A stretch of 14,359 bases of DNA, taken from the UHGV virus genome UHGV-0236088. One strand, 5' to 3'. A model generated the notes under the pieces. That model made no database searches. It saw only the letters and a program-made list of their open reading frames with translations, and was not told the DNA's origin. Shown piece by piece: positions 13,591 through 14,359 of this stretch (positions are counted from its first letter, which is position 1; every line of letters starts with the position of its first letter). The translations under genes and the position numbers were made by a program. The stretch comes from a virus.

Positions 13591-13704
13591 TCACATGTTA
13601 GTGATGAGTTTAATGATCGCTACCGTGATATAAAGCGATACGCTGAGATACAGCACGGCGATAGATAAAGCCGCAAGCAATGCGGCAATTTTTGCAAGGT
13701 TCAT
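13591..13704 (-). CDS. Candidate single-pass hydrophobic peptide, 37 aa (below the ORF-track cutoff)
   Basis: GGAGGGTGG upstream of ATG at 13704; ATGA overlap with the upstream stop. Translation MNLAKIAALLAALSIAVLYLSVSLYITVAIIKLITNM. Confidence 0.4.
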   Translation of the reverse strand: MNLAKIAALLAALSIAVLYLSVSLYITVAIIKLITNM

Positions 13705-13925
13705 TTGCCACCCTCCGCAATGAACTTATTAAGCCATTTGTTATTAGCCAGCCGTTCGGTATCTTCGCCGAATGATTTACGGTCGCTTAATTCCTGGCGA
13801 GTAAGCTGAGGACATTTATCGTGCCACCCCGCAGACGTTTCGAACTCATACAGGCCGCCGTCAAAATAAATAAGCTCATCACGACCGTCAGGAATTTCCT
13901 TGTCTACTTCTTTTTCTTTAATCAT
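13701..13925 (-). CDS. Hypothetical protein, 74 aa
   Basis: GAGGTG 6 nt upstream of ATG at 13925. Confidence 0.5.
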   Translation of the reverse strand: MIKEKEVDKEIPDGRDELIYFDGGLYEFETSAGWHDKCPQLTRQELSDRKSFGEDTERLANNKWLNKFIAEGGK

Positions 13926-13937
13926 GATAACACCTCA

Positions 13938-14216
13938 TTAATCGTTAATGACCTGGCCCATACGCCCGCGATATTTGCGCATACGTGGATCGACATATTC
14001 AGGCCAATGCATATCCGGTTTTCTTTGCAGTGGGTAAAAACTTGCCTGCCAGTTGTCGAACCATATTTGCTTTGCGTACAGGTCACTAAATCTTTTCGCC
14101 ATCCGATCCGCTGCCGTGCCGCATAAAAAAAGCCCGCGATCGATTTGATCACGGGCTTCTCTTAAAACTTTCTCTTTTGTTCGCGGCGGCGGTGGTGCTT
14201 TTAAATAATTACCCAT
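13938..14216 (-). CDS. Hypothetical protein; start uncertain (92 aa from ATG 14216, or 54 aa from ATG 14102)
   Basis: ORF track entry. The long form would be translated through the terminator-like hairpin at 14124-14158; the short form MAKRFSDLYAKQIWF... starts just downstream of it. Confidence 0.4.
   Translation of the reverse strand: MGNYLKAPPPPRTKEKVLREARDQIDRGLFLCGTAADRMAKRFSDLYAKQIWFDNWQASFYPLQRKPDMHWPEYVDPRMRKYRGRMGQVIND
14124..14158 (-). terminator. Intrinsic terminator-like hairpin downstream of ssb
   Basis: Minus strand AAGCCCG (14158-14152), 15 nt loop, CGGGCTT (14136-14130), followed by a T-run ending TTTTTTTAT at 14124. Lies about 75 nt past the ssb stop. Confidence 0.5.
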
Positions 14217-14231
14217 CGCTAACCTATTGAA

Positions 14232-14359
14232 TCAGAATGGAATATCATCGTCGAAGTCCATCGGCGGCGGATTATTCCCGTTATTATTTTGAGGCGGTGG
14301 CGCTTTCTGCTGCTGGCCTTGCTGCTGGCCTTGTTGGTTAACGTTCATGAATTCAAATT
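14232..14359 (-). CDS. ssb: Single-stranded DNA-binding protein, C-terminal end (gene starts beyond the window)
   Basis: Frame ends ...MNVNQQGQQQGQQQKAPPPQNNNGNNPPPMDFDDDIPF then TGA at 14234-14232. A Gly/Gln/Pro-rich linker followed by the acidic tip DFDDDIPF is diagnostic of bacterial and phage SSB. Confidence 0.85.
   Translation of the reverse strand, partial: FEFMNVNQQGQQQGQQQKAPPPQNNNGNNPPPMDFDDDIPF

Noticed and set aside
1-14359. tRNA genes or a CRISPR array, as often found in lambdoid cargo regions
   Set aside because: I found no T-loop-like GGTTCGAATCC motif on either strand and no evenly spaced direct repeats. This was a visual scan only, so tRNAscan-SE and a CRISPR finder should still be run.

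Overview
The window reads as a lambdoid (Enterobacteriaceae-type) phage or prophage segment in which essentially every gene is on the minus strand, transcribed from high to low coordinates. The plus-strand ORFs in the track look like shadow ORFs. All family assignments are from reading the translations against remembered family signatures; no database search was run. In transcription order: the 3' end of ssb with an intrinsic terminator; about 15 tightly packed small early ORFs, several of them membrane peptides; a phage Dam-family N6-adenine methyltransferase; an in-frame pair of ORFs split by one TGA; a multi-pass membrane protein; a short C5-cytosine-methyltransferase-like protein; a conserved promoter/operator-like element; a nin-type block (NinF-like, NinG/Rap, RusA); a Q-family late antiterminator; a 5.7 kb island of about 24 translationally coupled small ORFs, including four tandem paralogs; then a promoter-leader-terminator module and the start of a holin. 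Most start codons are supported by Shine-Dalgarno motifs and ATGA/TAATG overlaps. The points most worth follow-up are the repeated operator-like motif found in three intergenic gaps, the four-gene paralog array, the cargo island placed between Q and the lysis cassette, the TGA-interrupted frame, and the atypical short C5-methyltransferase-like protein next to a Dam-family enzyme. I could not assign a function to most small proteins, and I found no tRNA or CRISPR array.
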